DNA of 63,013 nt, filler included, from Choristocarpus tenellus KU-1152 (taxonomy: Eukaryota > Protista > Phaeophyceae), in the NCBI GenBank assembly GCA_964200185.2. It is 14 parts of 14 records of this genome, joined end to end, with 100 filler letters (N's around TTAATTAATTAA, not from the genome) between each part and the next. Parts side by side here need not be neighbours in the genome. Positions count along the whole stretch, not along the records: positions 22,893 to 26,306 come from CAXNAD020020199.1; positions 26,407 to 32,115 come from CAXNAD020009950.1; positions 32,216 to 35,001 come from CAXNAD020024774.1; positions 35,102 to 41,330 come from CAXNAD020008627.1; 10 more parts are not named here. One strand, written 5' to 3'. Numbering within the stretch: the stretch's first letter is position 1; every line of letters begins with the position of its first letter. A model generated the notes under the pieces. The model did not search any database and was not told the DNA's origin. It saw nothing but the letters and a program-made list of their open reading frames with translations. Below, piece by piece: positions 25,415 to 37,733 of this stretch. A program made the translations under genes and the position numbers.

Positions 25415-26477
25415 GTGGGTTGTGGATGGAGCCCTGGGGATCAATGAGTGTCAAATGCCGATACAATGGTATCTGAATACTTGGCAAAGTAAGAGGTAAT
25501 GGGTTCAAAACCTGACATGGCTGCTTTCCCAACCCTCTTTCCCTGTGAGAGGATAAAGGGACCAACTCTCTTTTATGGTGGGAGGATAATGATAGTCTCA
25601 GCAGAGGTTAAGGACGGTCATGGGCTCAATGGAATTTAGAAGGCGATTATTGAGATGACCGTTTATCAAGCTTGTGTGACAACTTGGGTGATACCCCCAC
25701 TGATTAAGCCACGTAGCACTCTGGTCTCTGATATGATCCACTATAGCACTGGGGCAGTATCGTGCCGAAGTGTACTATGGTATCTCAATATTTGATAACA
25801 ACAATTTTGCTTGAGTTGCCTAGCTGACAAGCTTGACCCAGTCTATAGGCGAAGACTGCCACTATGGTGTTCTGGGGCGTTTTTTGGAAGATGTATTGGT
25901 TGTTCATGCGGCAGTTTGATGACTGTTTGACTGGGGCAAACAGCGTGGTTAAGACTTTCCAAGCGTGGGAGTGCGTGTATGTCAAGTTTTGTTTCCAGCA
26001 GTACAGTATGGAAGCAGGTGTGCAAGGGGGGTCTTCTTTGTTTTGATTTTGGTTTCTTTTGGTCAGTGCTGCGGAAGCAACGGTGGACAAGGGAGACTGG
26101 TCTGTTTGACACCAACTTGATGGCATTGCGTCTGAGTGGAAGCATGGTTGTTCCTGCATGCACTACCCCAGAGAGGAAAAGGTGATAGATAGTTTCATCG
26201 TACTGTATCTATGATGTTCGAGAGTTAGTAAGATCTATCTTTTTCATTAGTCTTGCGGCTCCTTACACTTTACTCCGGGAGTACGGTCCTCCCTCTCCCT
26301 CCCCCANNNNNNNNNNNNNNNNNNNNNNNNNNNNNNNNNNNNNNNNNNNNTTAATTAATTAANNNNNNNNNNNNNNNNNNNNNNNNNNNNNNNNNNNNNN
26401 NNNNNNCATGGGTGAAGCATTAAATATGTGGTTTCCTACCCCCCCCCCCCCCCCCCAAACCCCAACTTTCTGAGCAG

Positions 26478-29400
26478 ATGCTGCATCAAGTATTTGGGGA
26501 TAAAGGGCGAACCATGGGGATGGTTGATACTTTTCACCATGTTTATTCTACAGAGGGCTGGAGAGCTTTCTACCGAGGGCTCACAGCATCATTTTTGGGA
26601 TTGAGTCATGTGGCTATCCAGGTGAGGTATTGTGCCTTGAGGTGTACTTGCAGGACACAAAATTGTTTAACACGACAGTTTTGTTGGATAGCCAGTTCAC
26701 TACACTACCTTAATTGTTATATATCTGTGACTATTGACAGTAGGAACATGAGGAGATTATGGTTAGGGTTTTGAATTTGGCTTCCTGATAAGCTGCACTT
26801 GCATTGCTCCCTGCTGTTGATGAGCATAGAGGGAGTACTTGAGTTATGCTTTGGTCAAAGAGATTTCATGCATCATGTCAGCACACATATATAGAGGTGC
26901 TTGGGGGATGGGAAGGAGTTGAAGTTGCCCTTGTTGTAGTTATTAATATTTCTTGTTTTGGCAATGTGGTGTCTGTTCTTGGAGTGGGAGGACTGCTGTA
27001 TAGTATAGGTTGTTCCCCTTAGCATTTATTGGGACATCTCTAAGAAAGTGGAATAGGGGAGTGTGTATGTTCAATTTGTGTCGATGTCGAGCTCAACGGT
27101 CATTGCAGTTTTGACAAGCAGAGTGTGAGATGTGGCCTCACATGGAAGTGTATCCCTAACCCCATATAGGTTACGATGAAGGGAAGTTGAGGGTGAGATG
27201 GTGATCATGGCTAATGGATGCGTTCACATCAGTTGGGTATGTTAATGCACAGGGAGGTGTTGTCTTGGCAGAGTGTTGCTGCATCCAACCTAGGGTTAGG
27301 GTTACACTGAAATTGTGAAGTGGTCGAAAGTTTGTTAGTTTCTTTGCCTCCAATAGAGGGATCGGATCAGTAGTATGTGGATGCCTCTTGCAAAGAGTGG
27401 TATGTAGTGTGTATGTTTTGGAGTGGAGGTATTTTTTAAAGCTTACTTGTGAATGGATGTAAGAGGGATACAGCACTACTGTGAAATAAGAGAATCAGGG
27501 GTCTACATGGTTTTTATGACTGCAGTAATGTCTGAGTTTGTTTAACAGTAACATTACAGTTACGTTACAGTTACCTTCCAGTCACGGTTGCAAAAAATGT
27601 CGACTGTTGGTCTATACCTTAACCCTAACCCTACTGTTGAACAAATACAGTCTAACGTTTGGCAATTGTGGAGACATTAGAATACCATGTGCAACCGTCA
27701 TGATTCAGTAATGGTACTGTAGTGACTGTGGGTGCTATTCAACCTACTCTGCCCTACTGTCCAGATAGTGTTTAAAGTACTACGACCATATTGCTGAATT
27801 TGAAAATTGTGAGCGTTCAATTCTTCCAATATCGTGACCATAATGTAACTGTAATGTGCTGGGGGTGGACTAACTGAAACCATATTGTAACTGTACTGTA
27901 ATTGTACAGTCCATTGGCACACTGTATAGAGTAGTATGGTAGTCGTAAATCTTCAGTCGTTGTCTTGTCATCCTGGTACTATTGTGCTATTGTACTATTA
28001 GTTGTAAAACACTACAAGTATCAAATATAAAATTTTATGTTTTTATTTTTGGGAAGAGTTAAGAATTATTTATTTTATTTTATCACAAACCCCTTCGCCT
28101 TTCACAGCAGTTAAGAATAGTATAGACCTCCTGTTATTGCTGTGCTCAACCATCAAGGGTCATGCTGTCATTGTTGTTGACTGTTGGGGAAATAGGTACA
28201 ACCCTAACCCTAACCCTAACTGTAGATAATAAAAAATGAAATGAAACTGTACCGTCAGGTCAACGCAACAACCTCAACCATGTTATCAAAAACAGAGCCC
28301 TAACCCTAGGCTGGAACATACCGTGAGGTAAAATCAATACTACAAATGTGTAACTGTTGTACTGGAGATATTTTCTGGTGTATTTTTATATTTTTTTAAA
28401 ACAGAGTTGTACTGCAATCAGTTCTCAGCTAAAAATGACCACAGTGGTTGTTGTGACTGTGCCATCATATTTGACAGTTACATATTTTGTTATTCACCGT
28501 TAGATAAACCTCCACAGTAAGAAACAGATCAAAAAGTGGAAATGGAACCATATAGGTCCCTGGAAAATATTGGGCCAATGATTCCATTTTTTTTGGTGGG
28601 GGGAATTATTTCAAATTCCCAATGCTACATTGAAATTGTTTAGTTTACTCTTTTCGATCTCCAGGTTAGGGTTATAGGGTTAGGGTTAGGTGTTGACTTT
28701 GGTGTGTGATATTAGGGTTAGGGTTAGGGTTAGGTATCATGTGGCACTCTATTCTGGTGAAGGTATGGTTGGGGTTAGGATTAGGTCGAACATGATGGAA
28801 GTCATTGCATGTGGTAAGAGTACACTACACCCCGTTTTCTCGCTGTCTATGGTTTGTATGTATTGAATCTAACACTTTTTAAATGTTGTAATTGCCACCT
28901 ACTTAGGGTTTGGAGTACAAGCTAAGCCTAACCCTAAGCTAATCCTATCCTGCCCAAACCCCTTTTTCTCAACAACTCATCCCAAGATTGATGGGTATAG
29001 GTCATGGCACAAACAGCAGTGATGCTGGAATGGCCTGTGCTACATATCATGTATACACACTTGAATGCATGTAATGCGCAACCACCTCTGCAGTGGTCAG
29101 TTGACATCCTTGGTCATTTGCATTGAATATTGAAAATCGAACTCTGAACACTCATCATTTATATCAACTGGATAGTATTCGTTGTTGCACACTTCAAGGC
29201 ATTACATTCATCGAGTTTTTTTTAAAGATGCAATATTTTCCCCTTGCCCTTTCCTCCTCACTCTCCCCTTACCCTATTACCTGGTTGTAGTTTCCAGTGT
29301 ATGAGAAACTCAAGGCAATCGCCAGGGAGCACCGTCAAGGGAAGGAGCATGCGTCGGATCTGATTATGGCTTCAGGCTCTTCAAAATTTATTGGGTCAGT

Positions 29401-30840
29401 GATGACCTACCCTCACGAGGTTGTTCGGGCAAGGATGCAGGTGTGTGATTTTTTGTGTTTCTCTTTTGCATGTCTGCATGTTACATGTGTACACTATCAA
29501 GAGGTTGAGGTTAGGGTTAGGGTCAAGGAGAAGAGCAATGCTTGAAGAGTAATGTTGATATCAGTAGCAGCATTGGTAGTAATGATGATAGTAATAGGAA
29601 AGATGTTTAGGAGGTAAGGGACATGATATGAGAAGCAACATATGTACACTAACTGAACACCTTGTTTGTTGCATCTGAGACAATCATAAGTGTTCACTAT
29701 TCCATGCCATCCCTAACCCTAAGTATTTAAAATCCTCTTTGTAGCATCAATTTGAACTTTTTGTTGTGAGGGATATTAGTTGTAAGTGCACACTATAGGT
29801 AATTGATTTTCATCATCTGCTCTGCAGTCTATAATAGGAGACCTAGGTCAGACTTTGCTGAGATTCTAGTGTGTAACTTCATAATGGGTTTTTGGCAAGA
29901 CCCCCCCAAATATGATGAAAATCTCATTTCATCTTGTGCATTTGTAGCTGCCCTGCAGACTGTTTGAACTAATGGTGAACAGATGAAGCATTGAAATAGT
30001 TAGGGTTAGGGTTGAACTTGCATCGCTTTTTAGTGCAATTAGGGTTAAGCTAACACTGCGCTAGAGTTGCACTTGTATGTACCACATATGCTGCAGCAAA
30101 GAGGTTGGAGCTCTAGCTGTATGTTGTTGTCCTTTTCTTTTTTTTAGTTGCTATACTAAATAGTAATATAATATAATGTATATTAATATAATGATTTATT
30201 GTGCTTGATCACTGTTGACAATGTGTGGTAGGCTAGGGTGTATTTGGTCATTTTATTGCCAGCCTAGTACTAATTGCTCACCTTATAATCACATAAGAGC
30301 GATTCCTTGTTGATGTAGCTGACCAGACCAGCTTATGTTCACTTCAACATAACCCTAACCCACATACACAAGTCAGTAGGTGTGAATGTTTCCTTATGTA
30401 TACATTGCTCTACATCAAATTGTACTATGCAGCAGGTCGAATCATTTCTCTCTTTCTAGATTGAAGTGGATATTGTCCGTAGGATGAAATACAAAACAAG
30501 AATGAGAAGTGGGAAGGACTCTTTGTCCAGATCTTTAATTTGGACATAACAGTGTACGTGTCAAGATAACATCATTTTTTTAATACGCATACTGCATTTG
30601 ATGCATGTATTTTTTGTAATCTGTTTCCTAACCCTAACCCTAACACTACAGGATGACCGAACAATTATGAGCAACCGAGCCACAGGGCTTTGGGGCACAA
30701 TTCATAGCATTGTTTCAAAGGAGGGGCCTACAGCCCTCTACACTGGATTTGGGGTTAATGTGATTCGTGTAGTACCTTCTTGTGTGGCAACATTCTTGAC
30801 ATATGAAATGCTGAACCGCAAACTCCAAGGATGGGTATAA
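26478..30840 (+). CDS. Mitochondrial carrier family protein, NAD+/folate transporter type (NDT1/SLC25A32-like), 3' part
   Basis: Exons 26478-26621 (EGWRAFYRGLTASFLGLSHVAIQ), 29291-29440 (FPVYEKLK...TYPHEVVRARMQ) and 30652-30840 (EGPTALYTGFGVNVIRVVPSCVATFLTYE...stop). Carries the Px[DE]xx[RK] carrier motif. Confidence 0.92.
28663..28734. repeat. Cluster of interstitial (TTAGGG)n tracts in a carrier-gene intron
   Basis: aggttagggttatagggttagggttagg and ttagggttagggttagggttagg. Confidence 0.9.
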
Positions 30841-32215
30841 TATAGGACATCACTGTGAATGACTAGATCAAGTGTTGGTGTTGGAGGGAGTGCTGTTACT
30901 TGGAGTTGAGAGCTGGGTTTGGCAGTGGTTTGTTTAGTTTAAAACCTTGATTGTTACATTTACTTCCTTTCAGAGGAGTATCTATGATTGATACTATTGA
31001 TTTTTAGGGTTAGGGTTGATTGAGGTTGGGTGTACAGTAGTTAGCAGGTTACAAAAGTACATGAAAACAGTGAGTGGAGAACCTTGTGAAGTGTTATTTC
31101 CTGGATGGGGGAAGAACTGTATACATCTACTGCCACATCAGGGGCAGTGAAGATCTTCAAGGCAGCTCAAGGTTGAGCCCTGAACAATGTTTCCTGATTT
31201 GATACTTCCAATTATTGCTCTGCCTGTGATAGGAATATATTAGAAACAGTCTGTACAGTTGATTGGTTGATGATGCTGATTGATGATGTCAAGGACCTCC
31301 CAGAACTCTCTATTCTTATTATTATTATTCTTAACATAGCTTCGATTTTCCTGTTCCACTCAAACTAACTGGGCTGTCCAAGTGTGCCTTTTCCTCCCAA
31401 CACATTGGGTTTGGCCATACCACCTATCATTTCTTAGCTTGCTTGAATCTTCTGCAGTGCTCACCTGACTGCAATAAAGCCCTACCTCTATGATTCCATA
31501 TTTCCTCTTAGGGTTAGGAACTTTAGTGTCAGGAGGGTACAGTGTCACCGTTCCATTGCCATGTTGTCCATAGACACCAAATTTCCCTCTAAAGAAAACC
31601 TGATCTTAAACGGGTTTGAGCCTGTGAATTACTTTGACAAGCTGGTAGACGTATCATTCACCTATGGCGATGCCCTTTGTCTGTATGTGTGACTGAGGTA
31701 ACATTACCACACCGGGTGCGTCTAAAGAATTTGCTCATTTTTGTTTCTCGATATAACAGCGGATCATGAAATGGCGGATGGATCATTTCATGGAGTATGG
31801 GTTTGACCTATAACGGTGCGCGGAAAGTGCCCTTATGTTTTTTTTTGTAAATGTTATAAAACTTTTTAAGGGCCCCTTTTTGAATGGGAATCATGCCGAA
31901 GGTGGTAGTAGGACATAATTCATGATAATTACAGTACCTACCCCTATTTTGGGCCTAAACATTATGAACCAAATCGCAAAATATGCAATTTTGTACCGCT
32001 TTTTTCGACATGCTAAAAAAACAGGTTTTTGTACCGGAATTCACGTATTCGGGCGATTTGGCACAAAATCCCAGGGATACTCACGCAAGTGGGGCGTGCG
32101 TGAAAAAATTTCTCGNNNNNNNNNNNNNNNNNNNNNNNNNNNNNNNNNNNNNNNNNNNNTTAATTAATTAANNNNNNNNNNNNNNNNNNNNNNNNNNNNN
32201 NNNNNNNNNNNNNNN

Positions 32216-33108
32216 CCCAACCACCACCACCTCCACCACCCCCTGTTCCGACAGTTCTCTCACGCTTGTATTCAGCCCCCCTTCGTGCAGGTCGGTCGAT
32301 GGCCCCAGGATGGAGTGCGGAGGACCGACGGTAAGGGGCAGGCACGTCACGGGCAGGGGAATCACGGGTATTGGAAACGATGGGTTCCCGAGACGAAGGT
32401 GGAATCGTCATGGGAGCCGTAAAGAATTGATCTTGCCCGATGTGATGGGAGGCGAGGGCTTGCTGGTACAGAATTGCAGACTTGCCTTGGACAGACAATC
32501 GGTCATGGTTCGTTTGGGGTTGTGTTTCACCAGGTCCAGACAACTGACCCTGCTGCGACAAGAATACACGTTCCGAGGAGTGTAACCTCGTCGTAGCAGA
32601 GAGAGGAGGTGTAGGGTTCATCCTGGGGACATGGGCCCCTGTCACAGAAAGGTGAGCAGTAGTAGTGTGGGTGGGAATGGAGAAAGGACAAGGTGAGTGT
32701 TGTGACAAGAAACGAAGATGTAATGCACAAGCGATCGAGCCTACGTCTGAAATAAAGCATTGAATAATTCAGCCTTATCCATCTTGATGCCTCCATCAAT
32801 ATTGCCATGTTCGGCACGACACAGCAAGTCTTCAAGTTTGAGTGAGAGGCTTCCCACCAACAACGTCTGTAGAAGCAAAAAAGAGTTGTAGAAGATATGA
32901 GACCCTACCCCGGCTGTCGCTACCGGAACAAAGAAAGAAGCTGTAACAGGCTAGCACCTCGTCCGGCCGCTACGTCGGCGCTGTCTGCACTCGAAGCATC
33001 GCCAATATCCTGTGAAACATTGACCTTTGCCGCTGCAAGTGGGACTCCAATCCAGTCCATCATGTCTTCCGACGAGGCTGGAATCATTCTCGCCCCATAC
33101 TCTTCCAT
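32216..33108 (-). CDS. Possible 5' part of an unknown gene, divergent from the 33327 gene
   Basis: ATG at 33108 (MEEYGARMIPASSEDMMDWIG...). A stop-free exon-like stretch 32638-32216 follows a CAG acceptor and runs into the linker. The splice path is not resolved. Confidence 0.35.
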
Positions 33109-33326
33109 TCTTGGCCGATCGACTGTCGACAGTCAAGAAGGAACTGTATCCCAGTAACTTCGTCCGACCCCTGGCTCAACCCAACCTTTCATCCACTCTT
33201 GGTGTTGGTTCTAGTCATAGTCTTTCCATAATAAATAATGTAAAAGAGGGTACTGCCTTCCAATTTTTGGACTAGAATTCAAAGACCAAGCGTTGACAAC
33301 ACAGATAATTGACAAACCTGTGCCAG

Positions 33327-34318
33327 ATGCTCCGCAGGGCAGCATCGATGGCCGCCCCTGTGGCATTTATCTGCCTCGCTGTCTTGCCATGTGCTGCCCT
33401 AGCGCCTCCGCGCGTTGCGTGCTCTTACTGTGAAGCCCTTGTTACGTGGGCAGGATCATCACCTCAACTCGACACTCAGAGACCACGCGGAATATGGGGC
33501 GAGATGCATCTCCCACGACGCGCTAAACTGTCAGATGGTAGCATGCGTTTGGACGCAAGAGTGAACCTCAGTCGTTTTCCTCTCTTTCGCCTTGGAGGGA
33601 AGAGGAACGGGGATGATATGGATGGACCAAGTGAGAGATTACAGGGAAGGGCACCATGGGAACAGGTTCAATGGAGTAACACCCCACAGAAGAAGCCCGG
33701 CAAGGATGGGAAGGGGAAAGGTGAAAGGAAAGGTTCACGTGATGGAGAAAAACGAAAGGAGATGGAGGATGAGGAGCTAGAGATGGGTTGGGGATGGCTG
33801 AACAACGAGCCACAACGACGTCCTCCTGGGCTTGGGTCAAGGAGGTGAACTGGTGGAGTCTGGTTGGAGGGCAGGGATTTTTAAGGGTCCGGTTGTGTAC
33901 TTCGCTGCTGTACCGTTTGCGAGTAGGTTAAGCGACAAGAGTGTTGCAGATAGTAAGATCTAGCCCTGTTTCGCTTCATCGAACGATGTGATGGACTTAA
34001 CAGTAGTTGGAGTCTGTCCACTCATCAGCAGCACTTTAGACGTTTCAGTGAGGATGTAGGAGGTGTGTTTTGTTGTAATCTAGTGCTTCACTGGCATATT
34101 TACAATTCCCACCTGAAATACCTCGAGGATATGGGTACGAGCAATTCAACGAGACTAAACGAACACTTCAACACCCACAGCTACAGGGATAATTATCTGG
34201 AGGAGGGAGATGGCCCACGACGTCGACAATGGGGGGCTGAGGATAGCCCGAGCTGGGATGTCGAGTGGTTTCGACAAGGGCGCGAAGATGAGGGAGGGGT
34301 GTTCGGATTCATGCAGAA
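33327..34318 (+). CDS. Unknown protein with N-terminal signal peptide, 5' exons
   Basis: Exon 33327-33844 (MLRRAASMAAPVAFICLAVLPCAALA..., GTGAA donor, phase 2) joins exon 34187-34318 (DNYLEEGDGPRRRQW...GFMQK, GTGAG donor) in phase. Confidence 0.55.
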
Positions 34319-35101
34319 GTGAGAATTTTCCCACTCCCCGCCCATACCTGTCTGAGACACGCTTGTTTCTCGTTGGTCACTCAATTTTTCCATGGGCAGC
34401 ATCAGAGTAAAATGATGTCAAGTACACGATTGACATGGTTAGCGCAGGTTATTATCGACCTATCACTCAGACAATCTGGTGCAGATTGTGAAGGAATAGA
34501 AAAAAAAATCCTGACTTCAAATATCGAACTAGAAGCTTGTTATTCAAGCAGATGGTCATTTCTATGTAACCTCGGCTACTTCGATCTCATCAGCCTCCAT
34601 CCCTTACCTTCTCCTTCCTCCCTCCCACCTTCAATGGTCAAATGACTTACTCTCCCACCCCAGATCCTTGACAGAGCCCCCTTCTGCACGCATCACAGTC
34701 AACCAAAAGCTGTGATTTCTGTGCCCTAACCCAACAACTAACCAGACCTCATCTCCCCTTCAAACTGCAGATTTGTAGTCGACACTTTGGCGCAACCTCT
34801 TCCTGCCCACGATATGTCTCTCCTCGCTCCACTCTCGACAACCTTACTGCCTCACAAGAGATACCCTGCAACAGATCAAGTGTTCTTTCTTTCGTCACTC
34901 ACCCCCCCCCCCCCCCCCCCCCCCCCCCCCTTTTTTCTCTTCGATACCCTCTCCCCCACCTCTTTTTTTCCTTTTTTTATTTTTTCTTTTTTTTTTTTCC
35001 CNNNNNNNNNNNNNNNNNNNNNNNNNNNNNNNNNNNNNNNNNNNNTTAATTAATTAANNNNNNNNNNNNNNNNNNNNNNNNNNNNNNNNNNNNNNNNNNN
35101 N

Positions 35102-35168
35102 AAAATCGTGAGATGAAACAATTGACCCCAAATGGACAGCCACCACCCCCTTCCAGATACTTTGAGAC
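35102..35168. mobile_element. MITE family B, terminal fragment at contig edge
   Basis: CCCCAAATGGACAGCCACCACCCCCTTCCAGATACTTTGAGAC. Confidence 0.8.
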
Positions 35169-35255
35169 TGGAGGGAGTGAATCACCCATAAAATGATCCA
35201 GCCTTTGTTTTGCAATACATCTAAATATTTCAGAGTATGTACTGCTTTATGTTCT

Positions 35256-35513
35256 GAGTCAGAGTGTCTTAGAGGGTAGAGCCGCATCCATTTGGGGGCC
35301 AAAATCCGATGTTACAATTTTGATGTAATTATGGCTATCATATTTGTAGGAGATGTCAATATCCTTGTTCCCGACACACCTTTTCATAACATAAACATTT
35401 TACCTACTCCGAAATATTTTGGAGTAGGTAAAATGTCATTGAAAACCCATGGGAAGTCAAGTCCCAAATAGTCAAACAGGGCAAAACTCATACCCTCCAA
35501 GATACTTTCACTC
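35256..35513. mobile_element. MITE family A, full copy
   Basis: GAGTCAGAGTGTCTTAGAGGGTA...TACCCTCCAAGATACTTTCACTC; TSD TTCT/TTCT. Confidence 0.92.
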
Positions 35514-36723
35514 TTCTCTGGGAGATTGTAGTATCCAGGGCACCAAATATGAAACTGTCAGCATTGGAGGAATGGTATGACCTCAAACTAAATTATGACA
35601 GTAGGGGTATTTGTGCATATCGCCACGGGTATATATTTTGTATCGACAGTATACCTTGCAACATCCGCCAGTATCTCAATATATCTGGTTGATGGGAGTC
35701 TCCGACTTGGCCTCGAATCGTCGGCCCAAGGATATTTTCGCTATATTTTGAACTATGGTACTATTGCAATACCCTATTGCAAGAGGATTTTCCTCTGACA
35801 AGCGTGGTACAAAAATATATACTCCAGAATTGTACCACTGAGTACAAAGTGCTCAATGCCCATTTACTTTGTTCCAGTTGCAATTTGTTTATCCTGGAGG
35901 AGTTTCTATACAGGTATGGTATGCACCCAAAAGTACAGTGCCGTGTACCACATCGTTGCCATAAATTATTGCCCCTGCCTTCTTGACATACAGGGACCTG
36001 CAATAGTTGTCCACCACATAGAAGCGTAGTACGGGAAGGATAGGCAGGATTAAGAAGGGGAAAGAGCTTGGCAAGAGGAGAATATTGTTGAGAGGTCATT
36101 TAGTGTTGTATGATCGTAGTGCACAGAGATTGAATAACGTTTGAGGACGACATTGTAGTAATTTGTGTCCTCAACTGAGGCTTTTCCATTTTGTTAACAT
36201 TGAGCTATACTCATGGCAGATTACAGTCTAATATATCCATTTCATTTTTTAGTAGAGGCATAGAACTCCACCCTAGAGTTTTCACCTTTACGTATAGCCA
36301 AGCACCACTCAATATTTATCTGGTATACTGGGCTGGGAACAAATATCTTAAAATTGTCGCTAAGATCAACTTTCTGCGTTCCCTTGTTATGTTTTTGAGG
36401 GTCGCTCTATTATGACAATGATGCCCATATTGCTATATTAGTACCACTCTAACCTTCCCTGTATGATTCTCCTCTCCTCTATTCCTGAAGGTGAGGGAGC
36501 TCTCTGTGGAATTGTTGACCCTTCATGACCACTTTGCTACCCTCCAATCTCTCTTAGACTGCTTTGGTCAACCTCAAGTCCAATCACAAACATCAGGGGA
36601 GGCAAAGTGGTCAGGCAGGTGATTGTTGCTGGGACCTATTTCTTGTCCCTCTCCTGCTGCCTCAATTTCTACTGCTAACCCCCCTCCTACATTTGTGATA
36701 TCCTTGGTCGTGCTTGTGAAAGT

Positions 36724-37733
36724 TTGGGTCTTTTGACAAGCCCTCTACCATGTCTGGAGAGGTTGGTAAGAGAGAGAGGCCAGCAATTGACCCTGTACCA
36801 ATCGCAATCCCCGGAGGCTATGTCTGGCAGTATTGGCAAATGTACAGAACATGCAAGCAACAAGTGTTGTCTCAACAACATGTGTGACCCAACCAAAAGT
36901 GGTGAGTCAGCAAGGCCTAGATCAGCCGGACCAAGATCAGTTGCTGCATGGACGGCAGAATCAAGAACGCGGCAGAGGCAAGGCAATGAAAAAATAGGGT
37001 CCCATCTCAGCCGGTCAACCTCAGCAATCACAGGACTTGACCGCAGGCAAATTTTGCCCCCTTGCCATTGGCAGTTTGCCTGTGCGTCCAGAGGAAGTGG
37101 GAGGGCATATGGACTACGTCCTCAAAGTGCCCCTCTAGAGAGGGATGGAAAGCCTCCAGAAAAACAAGGGCACTTAACAATGGTGGGGTGGAGCTCTGAG
37201 GACGATCTCAGAAGGGATGTTAGTAGCCTTTCAAGGGATTGCCTGCTGCAGCTCTTGGCAAAGTTGCGAGCTCAATTACAGTGGCAAGAAGAGGAAAGTC
37301 TAAATAAACAACCGAAGGTAAAGGTGACTCTGATGACATAATGGTAAACTTGATTTCCTAGGCATGAAAAAGTGTGCACCTTCTCTCAACACTCTAGGGA
37401 TCTCTTGCCTTGGTTAGGACTAGTCAATTGAGTTCCTTACGTGGCCTAGGATCTTGAGTAGACATTGTTATATCAGGTTTTGAGTATCATTCAACTTGCT
37501 CATAACACTGAACAAATTGTACCGACTGCTCAAAGTTGAAATTTCATCTCAGGGCAATTTGCAAAAGAGGCAGAAAATACTCCTTTGGGTGGGTTTCACC
37601 TCCTGCTCTCTTCACTACATTGCATTCCTCTCCTTAAGCAGGTGGAACAGGTCAACGGAATTAGCTCGGTCGAAAGGAGACAATTGGCAGAAGCTGCATT
37701 ACAGCAGCAGGCGCAGAAGTACAATAACCTCAG
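36724..37733 (+). CDS. Partial unknown gene (low-complexity region followed by coiled coil)
   Basis: A ~200-codon open frame ends LLQLLAKLRAQLQWQEEESLNKQPK at a GTAAAG donor (37317). In-phase exon 37642-37733 reads VEQVNGISSVERRQLAEAALQQQAQKYNNL. The 5' boundary is uncertain. Confidence 0.4.

Noticed and set aside
20173-30840. Apparent gene cluster of E2, MGDG synthase and mitochondrial carrier
   Set aside because: Each gene is on a separate contig and truncated at a linker; adjacency is not evidence of linkage.
31705-32115. Possible Tc1/mariner- or pogo-like termini (CACCGGGTG..., TACAGTAC...)
   Set aside because: No matching opposite TIR before the linker and no second copy in the window.
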